DNA of 64,000 bases from Desulfobacteraceae bacterium (lineage in GTDB: Bacteria; Desulfobacterota; DSM-4660; Desulfatiglandales; B25-G16): NCBI GenBank assembly GCA_030615105.1, contig JAUWZV010000001.1:1399-65398 (forward strand), in the 5' to 3' direction. A program made the position numbers and the translations under genes. Positions 9,160 to 17,961 of this stretch are shown piece after piece; positions within the stretch are counted from its first letter, which is position 1; each line of letters begins with the position of its first letter. The notes below the pieces were generated by a model, which worked only from the letters and a program-made list of their open reading frames with translations, was not told the DNA's origin and made no database searches.

Positions 9160-9246
9160 TGGTGCCGAAGGCGGGACTTGAACCCGCACGGGCATAACCC
9201 ACTACCCCCTCAAGATAGCGTGTCTACCAGATTCCACCACTTCGGC
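9160..9246 (-). tRNA. tRNA-Leu (anticodon GAG), CCA encoded
   Basis: The reverse complement GCCGAAGTGGTGGAATCTGGTAGACACGCTATCTTGAGGGGGTAGTGGGTTATGCCCGTGCGGGTTCAAGTCCCGCCTTCGGCACCA folds as a class II cloverleaf. Anticodon stem CTATC/GGTAG, loop TTGAGGG, long variable arm, T-loop GGTTCAAGTCC. Confidence 0.9.
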
Positions 9247-9309
9247 ATAAGAGCTTAGGGCTTCGCCCAATTGGCCTCCGGCCCGTATGGCCTACGCCCC
9301 GGAGGGAAT

Positions 9310-9422
9310 ATTGGAGTAATGGAGTACTGGAATAATGGGTTTAAAGGAAGAAGAACAATCGAAAATTATCTTTCCCATTTTTACTCATCCCAATGTTCCA
9401 CTATTCCATCATTCCATTTGGG
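9310..9422. repeat. inverted-repeat element (ATTGGAGTAATGGAGTACTGGAATAATGGG arms)
   Basis: The left arm (9310-9339) is roughly complementary to the right arm (9389-9422). A related element lies at 51952-52083. Confidence 0.55.
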
Positions 9423-9492
9423 TGCCACCAATTGACTACTCCTAAAAGATATCTTACTTGTTTTAATTAGCTGTAGAATTTCCGATACGTTA

Positions 9493-9846
9493 TTATCTTT
9501 CAGTTTTTGTATCAGAAGGGATATTAGTATTTATTGGTTTAGCCTTTTCTTGCTCACTTGCCTTTAAAGGCCTTTCCTGTTGAGTTTTGGCTTTCCCCTC
9601 CATAATAGAAGATTTTGGAGCCCTGGATGCTAAAAAGGCCAAGGTAAGGGAAGTTATCATAAAAGCAATAGCCACGCCTGCAGTTAATTTGTTGAGAAAA
9701 GGTGCAGCGCCAGCACTCCCAAATATTGTCTGGCTACTACCTCCAAATGCAGCTCCCAAGTCAGCTCCTTTACCAGCTTGGAGAAGTATACCTATTACCA
9801 ACCCGATACAAATAAATACGTGAATAATTATGAGCATTGTCGTCAT
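9493..9846 (-). CDS. secG: preprotein translocase subunit SecG
   Basis: IIHVFICIGLVIGILLQAGKGADLGAAFGGSSQTIFGSAGAAPFLNKLT is the typical SecG core. tRNA-Leu lies downstream, as in E. coli secG-leuU. Confidence 0.85.
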   Translation of the reverse strand: MTTMLIIIHVFICIGLVIGILLQAGKGADLGAAFGGSSQTIFGSAGAAPFLNKLTAGVAIAFMITSLTLAFLASRAPKSSIMEGKAKTQQERPLKASEQEKAKPINTNIPSDTKTER

Positions 9847-9954
9847 TTATTTACCTTATGTTTAAAAATATGATTACTTATATATCATATCTTCTAAATA
9901 TTTCAAATTTAATTTCATATCCTATTAAAAAAATCATGCAAATTATCACTATTT

Positions 9955-10217
9955 TATAATGAGACCTTTACATAATTCACATTTTCTTAACGAGGATGGG
10001 CTTTTCTTCAGTTCCGAGGCTCCCGGGCTGGTCTTTTCAGCAACTTATCTACGGGGGAGTTTTGCCCCCTCCGCATTGCCCCGACATGTCGGGGCCTGCG
10101 GTTTCCCCCACTGATAAGTCGCGAAAAGACAGCGCCCTACCGCCAGTTACTTCAGAAAAGCCCACCCTCTTTTTTAGGGTGACAAAAATTGTCAGATTTT
10201 GCAAAGGTCTCATAATA
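9955..10217 (+). repeat. diverged third copy (core only) of the 291-bp rod-hairpin element, nested in an outer inverted repeat
   Basis: 10001-10163 aligns by eye (about 85 percent) with the centre of 16504-16794. The outer inverted repeat is ATGAGACCTTT (9958-9968) / AAAGGTCTCAT (10203-10213). Confidence 0.6.
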
Positions 10218-10414
10218 TGATTCGTCAGTAATCCCCATTAGAAGATTTGAACGGGGCTTGAAACCACTCTCAAACTTATTGATACTTTCACTCCACTATA
10301 AATGATAAGGCTTTTTTTCTAACGGGGTAAATATTCAATTCTTGACATTTATATAAATTTGGTTAACTATGATTTTAAAAGATATATATTCTTTGTGGCC
10401 ATAAAAAGGATAGT

Positions 10415-10723
10415 TTGGGAATGGATAAGGAAGAATATACAAATAAGTATCGAAACTTAAGAATACTTAAGAGCATTCAGGAATATTTGAAGTCAGATGA
10501 TAATGACTATACTGGTGTATATCCTATCAGGGTACCTGATGAGTTGCTATACCAGACATTAAAATTAAAGGGAGCCAAAAGTGCCGATACCATAATACAT
10601 CACATATTCAAATTGGGTCTCAGCATGTGGAGTGAAAAGGTATATAATACAGTATTTGGCTCTCAGCAAGACCTTGAAGAATTTATAGAAATTGTCAAAA
10701 AGCAGAATAAGGAAAACAAATAG
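10415..10723 (+). CDS. hypothetical protein
   Basis: Track ORF. The ATG at 10421 is the more likely start. No domain recognised. Confidence 0.4.
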   Translation: MGMDKEEYTNKYRNLRILKSIQEYLKSDDNDYTGVYPIRVPDELLYQTLKLKGAKSADTIIHHIFKLGLSMWSEKVYNTVFGSQQDLEEFIEIVKKQNKENK

Positions 10724-10822
10724 ATTATCATTATATAATATTTAATATCTTATTAACTACTCCCTTTAACTTTAACTCTCCTGGTAACCCCTATCAGAAT
10801 TTTACGAAGAATAACCAGAATG

Positions 10823-10944
10823 CCCCGACTTTTAGTCGGGGATGAATGGTCAAAATAAGCAAGCAATGTCGAAGTCATTGCTAAGCAAGTTCGAGCGGCA
10901 TACTGCGAGAACTTGCGCCAAGAAGCCCCGACCTTTGGTCGGGG
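10823..10944. repeat. hairpin cluster (CCCCGAC-N5-GTCGGGG family)
   Basis: CCCCGACttttaGTCGGGG (10823-10841), AGCAATGtcgaagtCATTGCT, CAAGTTC...GAACTTG and CCCCGACctttgGTCGGGG (10926-10944). The same apical hairpin type occurs in the 291-bp element. Confidence 0.5.
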
Positions 10945-11075
10945 AGTTTCACTCTGGACTTTACACTCCGTTTAAAAAAGTCGAACAGCATTTTGGATAC
11001 CATACCCGTCTTTCAGCAGGGGCAATCTAACAGGGTAAAAATAAAATTCCTTTTAAAATAAGTACCTAAAGTGAG

Positions 11076-12475
11076 CTAAAGTTCAATTATTAAATTTCGA
11101 TATCTATTCAGATTTACCATGACTCTGGCTGCCCTTTCAGGTGTGGAGAAATTGACAAGAATTTTAGCCTCCTCAAACTGTTTTATCTGCTCATCCCATA
11201 TTTTAGGTGGGGCCGAAAGGCAGGTGATGATAGGTTTTTTCTGCTCCCTATAATTTAATAAGAACGACAGACTTTTAATAGAAACAACATTGGCAGAGGC
11301 AAACATCATAAATAGAAGTATACCTGCTACGTTTTCATCTCGCATAACTGCATGCAAAATGCCAACGAGTGCCTCTGAGTTATACCATGCTGGACCCATA
11401 TCCACCGGGTTTGTTCTTAAAGCCAGAGGGGGCAGAATCTCGTTTATCTTATTCTGGGTTTCACGTGTAAATGAAACTATGTTAAGACCAGCCATCTGAC
11501 AAATATCAGCGGCGGCTATACCCGGACCAGCTTGAGAGGAGAGTATAGCCACACCTGAACCATTTAGTACAGGTGATCCGGCTAATGCCTTGGCTGTATC
11601 TAATAGGTCCTCCATGCTATTCACTTCCATTATGCCTGCCTGGCTAAATGCCCCTGAATAAATCTCCCCTCTTCCAGCCATAGATCCTGTATGGGAATGG
11701 GATGCCTTATCCCCTATATCTCCGACACCTGTTTTGTAGGCAATAATTGGTTTTTTACCCTTATATGTCTTGGCCGTGTCTATTAGTCCCTTTGGATCAT
11801 CAATACCCTCTATATAAAGGGCTATTACATATGTATCTGGGTCATGCATTAAATAATCAACCATCTGCACAAAATCTACATTCAGCCGGTTTCCGATTCC
11901 TACTATCTTACTGAAGCCTATATTATCCCTCATGGCCATAAAAGAGAGCAGATGGCACATTCCCCCCCGCTCTGGCTGGCAAGCCCAATACTGCCCTTTC
12001 TTAACAAAGAAAACTCTGGCGTGAATGAGGCATTCAGGTTGGCGTGTAAATTTATCATACCAAAGGTATTGGGGCCGATTACTGGCACATTAGGCCTGTT
12101 TACAATTTTGGCAAGCTGGTCATGAAGATTTGAACCAATTGGATCATCAATCTCCTTAAATCCGGCTGTAATAAGGACTATACCCTTAACACCTTTAGCA
12201 AGGCATTCTTCAAAGATCGCAGGAACCATTTTTGCTGGTAGCACTACTATGGCCAAGTCAATATCATATGGAAGTTCCGTTATGGAGGGAAAAGTCTTCA
12301 GACCCATAATCTCTTTTGAACCAGGATTAATGGGTATAATCTTACCCGGGAAGTCCCCCTTAGTCAGACTCTTCATTACATGAAACCCAAGCTTAGCTTC
12401 CTTTTCCGATGCACCTATAACTGCTACTGACTTGGGGTTAAAGAGTATATTCATGTTGCCTATTTTCATATCCAT
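11076..12475 (-). pseudogene. ADP-forming acyl-CoA synthetase alpha / CoA-binding (succinyl-CoA-ligase-like) protein, split by a frameshift
   Basis: ORF 11930..12475 (NPKSVAVIGAS...LASQSGG) and ORF 11076..11960 (...IGFSKIVGIGN...HTGSMAG...) are consecutive halves of one roughly 465-aa protein. The frames switch at a C7 run (11962-11968; G7 on the coding strand). One extra G would restore SQSGGGMCHLLSF. Confidence 0.75.
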
Positions 12476-13315
12476 ATCTTATAATTCTTCCTCTGTCGAT
12501 TGAAAATAGTTATATAGACGCTGACACTAGCCAAGACCGTAGAGAAGATAAGACCTATCCTGTGCCCAGTTGGTAACTCAGCTGGTAATAGAAAAATACG
12601 GTTATATGGAAACATTAACCTTGAATTAAGACACAGGAAAGACTCTTACCATATTTTTATCTGGTCTTCAACGGATCTAGCAGGCATATACACGCTGATA
12701 TCGTCTTGGGTTTAATAGACAGGATGGGAGATATAATTTGGGGAAAGACAATTTTTCCTTATTACTATAATCATCGGAGCTTTTGTTTAAAAAAACGCTA
12801 TTCTCATGTATAATCCGGGCTGAACATAAAAATCACATTTCTCTTATTGTAGAGTCGAAGATGGGCGCGGTGGCTTTAGGAAGCCCGGAGTAGCTGTTGC
12901 CGGCGGTTTTCGACATATGCTGGTGCCTCACTCCATTCCATAGCTGCATTTTGGCTGCTTTGACCATTACCTAAATCTTTAACATTATCCAGGTCAGTTG
13001 TTTTTCGCAAAACCCATAAAGCTCCATGGGCTGCCTGATTTGAACCACCGATTCATCTAAACCAATGAAGCACTAGGATAAGGGATCAGTTTCAATATTG
13101 GCCAAGATACACCTGAAGAGGGAACCCGAACATTTCATTTGTTGACATTATAGACCTGAGGATGTTTTGTCCTGACACGAGGAGAATGAGCATTAGTCCA
13201 TTTTTGAAATCGAAACTCGAATTTTAAGTCGCCTTGGAACCCCTTTTTAAGATTGGCCCCGAAGGATGATCATGGTAGTAACCTGTTGTAATAACGGCTC
13301 CTTCCCATCAAAACC

Positions 13316-14119
13316 CTATCGCCCCTTCCACTGAGGTTTCCTCTTCTCAGCAAAGGCTTTGGGGCCCTCGACCCAGTCTTCAGATTCCATGGCCTGCTTA
13401 AAGAGGGAATATTCTGGTTTAATGGCTTCCTCGAGGGTCGGCTTTTCCATACCCTGGAGGGCGCACTGTTTGCTGGCTCTCACGGAAAGCGGGGCGCACT
13501 CAAGAATTTCGGCCGCCCACCTCTCAACTGTCTCCATGAGTACCTTCAATGGTACTACCTCATTGACTAGCCCATACTCTTTGGCCTGCTTGGCGGTAAT
13601 CAGTTTTGCCGTCAACATCATCCCCATAGCTAACTTCAAGGGGATCTGCCTGGGAAGGCGGTGAACACCACCTGCTCCTGCCACTAATCCTACCCTAGGC
13701 TCTCGAAGACCAAACTGAGCGTGTTCTGCAGCAATGATAATGTCGCAAGCAAGGACGATCTCAAAACCACCCCCAACAGCAACACCGTTGACCGCAGCAA
13801 TAATTGGTTTATAACAATCGAATCGTGTGGTGATCCCCCCGAAACCACCTCTAATCGCCTTTTCTGTCAATAACGATTCCTTTATGGCTTCAAAGCCTTC
13901 TTCTGCGGTGAACTTGAGGTCGTTTCCTGCGCAGAAGGCCTTCTCTCCTGCCCCCGTGTAGATGGCCACCCAGGCATCAGGATCCTCGCAGAAATCATCA
14001 AATGCCTTTGAAAGCTCCAAGTTTGCCGGTGGATGGAGGGCGTTCATGACTTCAGGGCGTTTGATGGTGATGTAGACCAGATGTCCCCTTTTCTCGCAAT
14101 TGATGAACTCGAATGCCAT
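13316..14119 (-). CDS. enoyl-CoA hydratase/isomerase (crotonase) family protein
   Basis: AFCAGNDLKF, AAVNGVAVGGGFE and a typical 267-aa crotonase fold pattern. An AAGGAGG RBS is present. Confidence 0.85.
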   Translation of the reverse strand: MAFEFINCEKRGHLVYITIKRPEVMNALHPPANLELSKAFDDFCEDPDAWVAIYTGAGEKAFCAGNDLKFTAEEGFEAIKESLLTEKAIRGGFGGITTRFDCYKPIIAAVNGVAVGGGFEIVLACDIIIAAEHAQFGLREPRVGLVAGAGGVHRLPRQIPLKLAMGMMLTAKLITAKQAKEYGLVNEVVPLKVLMETVERWAAEILECAPLSVRASKQCALQGMEKPTLEEAIKPEYSLFKQAMESEDWVEGPKAFAEKRKPQWKGR

Positions 14120-14149
14120 TTTTACCTCCTTATTTATAACAGTTCGCTA

Positions 14150-15138
14150 GCTCGTCTCGATCTGCTTTGCTATTGTTAGGATTGCTGGTGAGTCATTCAG
14201 CACCGAGTCCAATAATGCCTCGAAAAAGGCTACCATCGATTTACAAACAGGTCGAGCAAGTCCGTTGCCAATCAGGTTATGAAACTCAATGTTTTAAAAG
14301 GTATCGATGAGAAGTATTCATGACGACTAAAGAATTCAAATTTATTTTAACATTCTGAAAGATAGCCCATTATCAAACACCATTTGAAAATTGAACTTCG
14401 GCTGAAAAAATAATGAATCCTTCTGCAAATGTAAAGAGTTTTTTATAGGTCTTCCACTAATAATGAATGAAGGATAACCGTGCATTGATTAGATCTATGG
14501 AAAGACAGGGCGCAGTTGTCCACCATGGTAAAGATGGCCATTTCCACGGATCCTCATTTTTCCGAGATGGAACGTCGGGGGCTCACCCCAAGAGGCACCG
14601 TGCTTAGGCCCGGCACCGTATACCGCTTCCTTCGCCAATATGAGATTAAGGACACAGAAAATCCACCTCCCATGGATCGCGGGATTTTCGGAGCCGAACT
14701 GTCGAATGACATCTGGCAAAGTGTCGCTATGAACGGCCTTCTGGTCACCGTGGCGTTGAAAAAAGTGCAAAACCCATGCCGAGTTCCACTTGAGTAAAAG
14801 GCTTCGGCATGAACTCATCTGAATGATCCGGCCGGCGGTCAGGTAGGCATGGGCCGCAGATATGGTATAGGCACCTGTCATACCGCCTTGGTGACCCGGA
14901 TGCCGAACTTGTTTTGCATACCACAAAGTCCATGGATGGCATGCTCGGGAATGGAAGTCCTTTAAAAGATATCATTATAGATCCCATAAAAGGATGTTTT
15001 CACGTCTTGGATAGCGATCTGGGGGTCCTTCTCCACCTCTTGCGTGGCCATCTGAGCCAATTCAGACTAAGTCATTTCCCGCCACGTGCCCTTAGAAGGC
15101 GTCGTACCCGTACCAACAATATCAACTCGTTTTGACAT
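14150..15138 (-). pseudogene. degraded SCP-x/thiolase-like gene
   Basis: An intact GGAGGG RBS and ATG at 15138 give MSKRVDIVGTGTTPSKGTWREMT, then a stop. Compare MGKRVAIVDTVQTEHG of the intact paralog. Thiolase-like segments continue in shifting frames (e.g. ENPAIHGR, LIGNGLARP). The track ORFs at 14495-15135 are out-of-frame pieces. Confidence 0.55.
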
Positions 15139-15220
15139 AAACTTATCCCTCCTTTTTAATAAAAATCAGCAGAAAGTCTGTGGAACAAAAATTTCAGCTA
15201 ACTAAGGTGGCTAACAGAAG

Positions 15221-16024
15221 TCAATCTGCACTATTAATAAAAAACCCCTCTATAAAATTTTCTCGTGAAAACTGGCCTTCGGTAAATTCTTTGAGAGAGG
15301 TCTCTTCACCGAAGAGTTTAGAAGCGATTTCTTTCGAGCTCATGCCTGATTTTTTAAGGTTGTGAACCCGGTCTTTGATTTTCTCAAAATAGGCAATGGT
15401 TCGCCTTAACACATCCGAACCATCGCTGTATATCCTCCCAGAAGAGGTTATCAAAAACTCAGGTTGAAGAGTTAGCATCTTTTTCAAGGCCTTTACAACC
15501 AGTCTATTATCCTCATCCTTTCGCGCCGAATTGGGCTTTTCCATAAAGAATTCGTCCCCTGTAAATAACCATCCTCTCTCCCTCAAGAGAAAAACCACAT
15601 GATCCCCTGAGTGCCCGGAGGTGTTAACTATTTGAAGGGGGTAATGGGTGGTGTGGATTTTATCACCCAGGGGATTGACCAAGCAAAGCTCGGGACAGCC
15701 CCAAAGCTGCTCCTGATAAGAAAAAATATCCTGTTTACGAGCAATAATGGGTAGGGATTCTTGGGGTGCAAAAACAGGGATTTTCAGTCTTTCCATAATT
15801 ACTTTGTTGCCACCTATATGATCCACGTGATGATGGGTATTGACTGCCATGGAAATGTTTTGATTTGCCAAGTAATCAACCAGTTCCCTCCGGGTATTAT
15901 GGCATCCAGTATCTATCAGAAGTCCATCTATCAAATAGGCGGCCACGCTAAAGACAACCCGGCCATTTACCTCGGTGCCCATCATGATTCGAGTAATATC
16001 CTTATATCTTTTGACCTCAAACAT
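15221..16024 (-). CDS. MBL-fold metallo-hydrolase
   Basis: HHHVDHIGG (HxHxDH) zinc motif and downstream His/Asp ligands. Confidence 0.8.
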   Translation of the reverse strand: MFEVKRYKDITRIMMGTEVNGRVVFSVAAYLIDGLLIDTGCHNTRRELVDYLANQNISMAVNTHHHVDHIGGNKVIMERLKIPVFAPQESLPIIARKQDIFSYQEQLWGCPELCLVNPLGDKIHTTHYPLQIVNTSGHSGDHVVFLLRERGWLFTGDEFFMEKPNSARKDEDNRLVVKALKKMLTLQPEFLITSSGRIYSDGSDVLRRTIAYFEKIKDRVHNLKKSGMSSKEIASKLFGEETSLKEFTEGQFSRENFIEGFFINSAD

Positions 16025-16311
16025 ACTTTCTAGGATAACTGTCGGCTGTTTCTTGTATCTCTCTTCCTAAATCCTTTTAAAATAGGGCGCCTTACCGTAA
16101 AGCCTCTGGCTATAATCTGAACGCTATGAATCCCCTACACGATGCAGAAGGCTTTGCGTTTCTTAAATTCTCAAGTTTTGCACCTCTGAATAAAATTTAT
16201 AGAGATAAGAAATAATTATCTTACATGTTTTAAATAAATAAAAGAGACTCCTCTTTGTGATGTATTAACGTATTGATATAAGAAATAAACTATTAAAAGG
16301 AGTTCTCTAAA

Positions 16312-16503
16312 ATGCATACTACGAATCACAAAAAGTTAAAAGCAGAAATTGAAAATTATAGGATTAATGGAAAAAATATTTTCGAATCAAGGATGGATAA
16401 TGCATTTTCTATGCTCAAATTCAAAACACAGCTGAATCGAACCAAAACCAAGAAGAAAGATGGGGTATCATGCGGCGCATCTGCTGTTTATATTGATCTC
16501 TTG
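16312..16503 (+). pseudogene. possible N-terminal fragment of a DDE (IS4/IS1634-like) transposase
   Basis: FSMLKFKTQLNRTKTKKKDGVS resembles N-termini of IS4-type transposases, recalled from memory. It is cut off after about 64 codons by the 291-bp repeat. Confidence 0.3.
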
Positions 16504-16794
16504 CCTATCAACAATCGGCAGAGGACCCCGGGCGTAAGCCCGGGGGTGAATGCCTTAATGAGCACAACCTTGATGTCTTTTCTTACGTTCCAAGGCTCCC
16601 GGCCTGGTCTTTTCAACGACTTATCTGCAAGGGAGTTTTGCCCCCTCCGCATTCCCCCGACAAGTCGGGGGCTGCGGTTTCCCCCGCTGATAAGTCGTGA
16701 AAAGGACGGCGGCTTCTCACCAGTCACTCAGAAAAAACATCAAGGCCTGCCCTTGTCTCCAAGTGCCACGGGCGTAAGCCCGTGGGTATCTACT
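16504..16794 (+). repeat. 291-bp rod-hairpin repeat, copy 1
   Basis: Identical to 36748-37038 except for 7 substitutions and no indels (manual comparison). It contains two 8-bp hairpins with GTAA loops (16526-16545, 16766-16785) and a long central self-complementary region. Confidence 0.85.
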
Positions 16795-17088
16795 TTGAAG
16801 ATTAATAATATTCACAGTTTTTGCCTGAGACATTAGTATCATTAGTCTATCAGGCAAGAAATATGCCTTTTACAGGTTCAAACAGGGCGCATACCGATAG
16901 CATTCATTTATGAAAGCCTTTCATTTGTAATTAAAGAAAGATTATAAAAAAATAATAAAAAAAACTTGACAAGAAGGAAATAATAGGTGAATTTACAGTC
17001 TAAAATTAAACTGCTGGCCGGTAGATTAGTAATATTATACTGAAATGTCTACGGCATTCGAAAAAATTTTACGGCAGAAAGCTGCCAT

Positions 17089-17736
17089 ATGAAAATGGGA
17101 AAAAAATTAAACAGTCAGCCAGTTTATCATTCTCATAAAGTATCAAGTAAAAAGAACAGAAAAACTCAAATACTTGAAGCTGCCGCTTTGGTCTTCAAAA
17201 AAAAAGGTTATGATAGGGCCACTCTTCAAGACATTGTCAGCATTGTAGGCATAACCAAGGCGGCTCTCTATCATTACTTTCAAAACAAACATGAGCTGTT
17301 TTATACAATTATTCACACCATGATGATAAGGGGCATCGATGAGCTGACTAAAATTTTCGGAATGCCTATTTCGGCAGAAGAAAAGATCTGTCTTGCCTTC
17401 AAACAACACTTTTCCTCCTATGAATCTCATTTCCCTGAATTTTTGGTACTGCTTCATGAAAAGACCAATTTACTGCCTCCAAAAATGGAGAAACAAATCA
17501 AACAAGAATTTAAGCAGTATATGTCTTTTTGGGAGCAATTTATAAGGGAAGGAGTTGCAACAGGGCATTTTAGGCAAGATTTAGATCCAAAGATCATGAC
17601 TTGGTCGGCCATCGGGATGTGCAATTGGGTTTATAAATGGGCTTCCCCAAAAGGAAGGCTCAAATTCAATCAGATTGCTGAGATTTTTACCAGCATTTTT
17701 TTGGTAGGGATCCGGCATCGAGAAAAGGTCGGATAG
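17089..17736 (+). CDS. TetR/AcrR-family transcriptional regulator
   Basis: ILEAAALVFKKKGYDRATLQDIVSIVGITKAALYHYFQNKHELF is the TetR N-terminal HTH. Confidence 0.85.
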   Translation: MKMGKKLNSQPVYHSHKVSSKKNRKTQILEAAALVFKKKGYDRATLQDIVSIVGITKAALYHYFQNKHELFYTIIHTMMIRGIDELTKIFGMPISAEEKICLAFKQHFSSYESHFPEFLVLLHEKTNLLPPKMEKQIKQEFKQYMSFWEQFIREGVATGHFRQDLDPKIMTWSAIGMCNWVYKWASPKGRLKFNQIAEIFTSIFLVGIRHREKVG

Positions 17737-17961
17737 ATCGCCAATATTGGCTCGCATTGGAGGAACTCTTTTACATGCCACCACTTAAGCCAGCTGTTTA
17801 AAACGTTTTTAAAAGGAATAGCTACGGAAAAAAAGATAGTGAACTCACCGATTTCGGAATTCTTCAGCTTAAGGTATTCTGCAGCCAAGCAAATATTGTC
17901 TCCGCCGAAGCTCGGAAGGAAAGAAACTGTGATTTCACCTACTTAGAAGAAGGACGCCAAC

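Larger units (their letters stand above)
1..9246. mobile_element. Integrative element (satellite/PICI-like or integrative mobilisable element) at tRNA-Leu(GAG); left boundary not found and may lie upstream of the window
   Basis: The tyrosine integrase abuts the 3' end of the tRNA. Cargo: RHH, XRE and AlpA-type regulators, primase/helicase plus iteron array, TerS-like HTH protein, ERCC4 nuclease. No capsid, tail or lysis genes. Visibly more AT-rich than the flanking genes. No direct repeat of the tRNA 3' end was seen in 1..9159. Confidence 0.6.

Noticed and set aside
9996-11030. Track ORFs 9996..10220 and 10842..11030
   Set aside because: They run entirely through GC-rich hairpin repeats. The products are Pro/Gly/Ser-rich and lack an RBS. 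Their openness is explained by repeat composition.
14495-15135. Overlapping track ORFs 14495..14926, 14516..14797, 14554..14748, 14745..14987 and 14914..15135 as real genes
   Set aside because: They are mutually overlapping in GC-rich DNA. They are best explained as frame fragments and shadows of the degraded thiolase-like pseudogene.
16504-16836. Repeat-encoded peptide (INNRQRTPGVSPGVNALMSTTLMSF...) fused in frame to upstream genes at both 16504 and 36748
   Set aside because: The same DNA is open in several frames on both strands. It is attached to two unrelated N-terminal partners. The reading frame is best explained by the absence of stop codons in GC-rich palindromic DNA.
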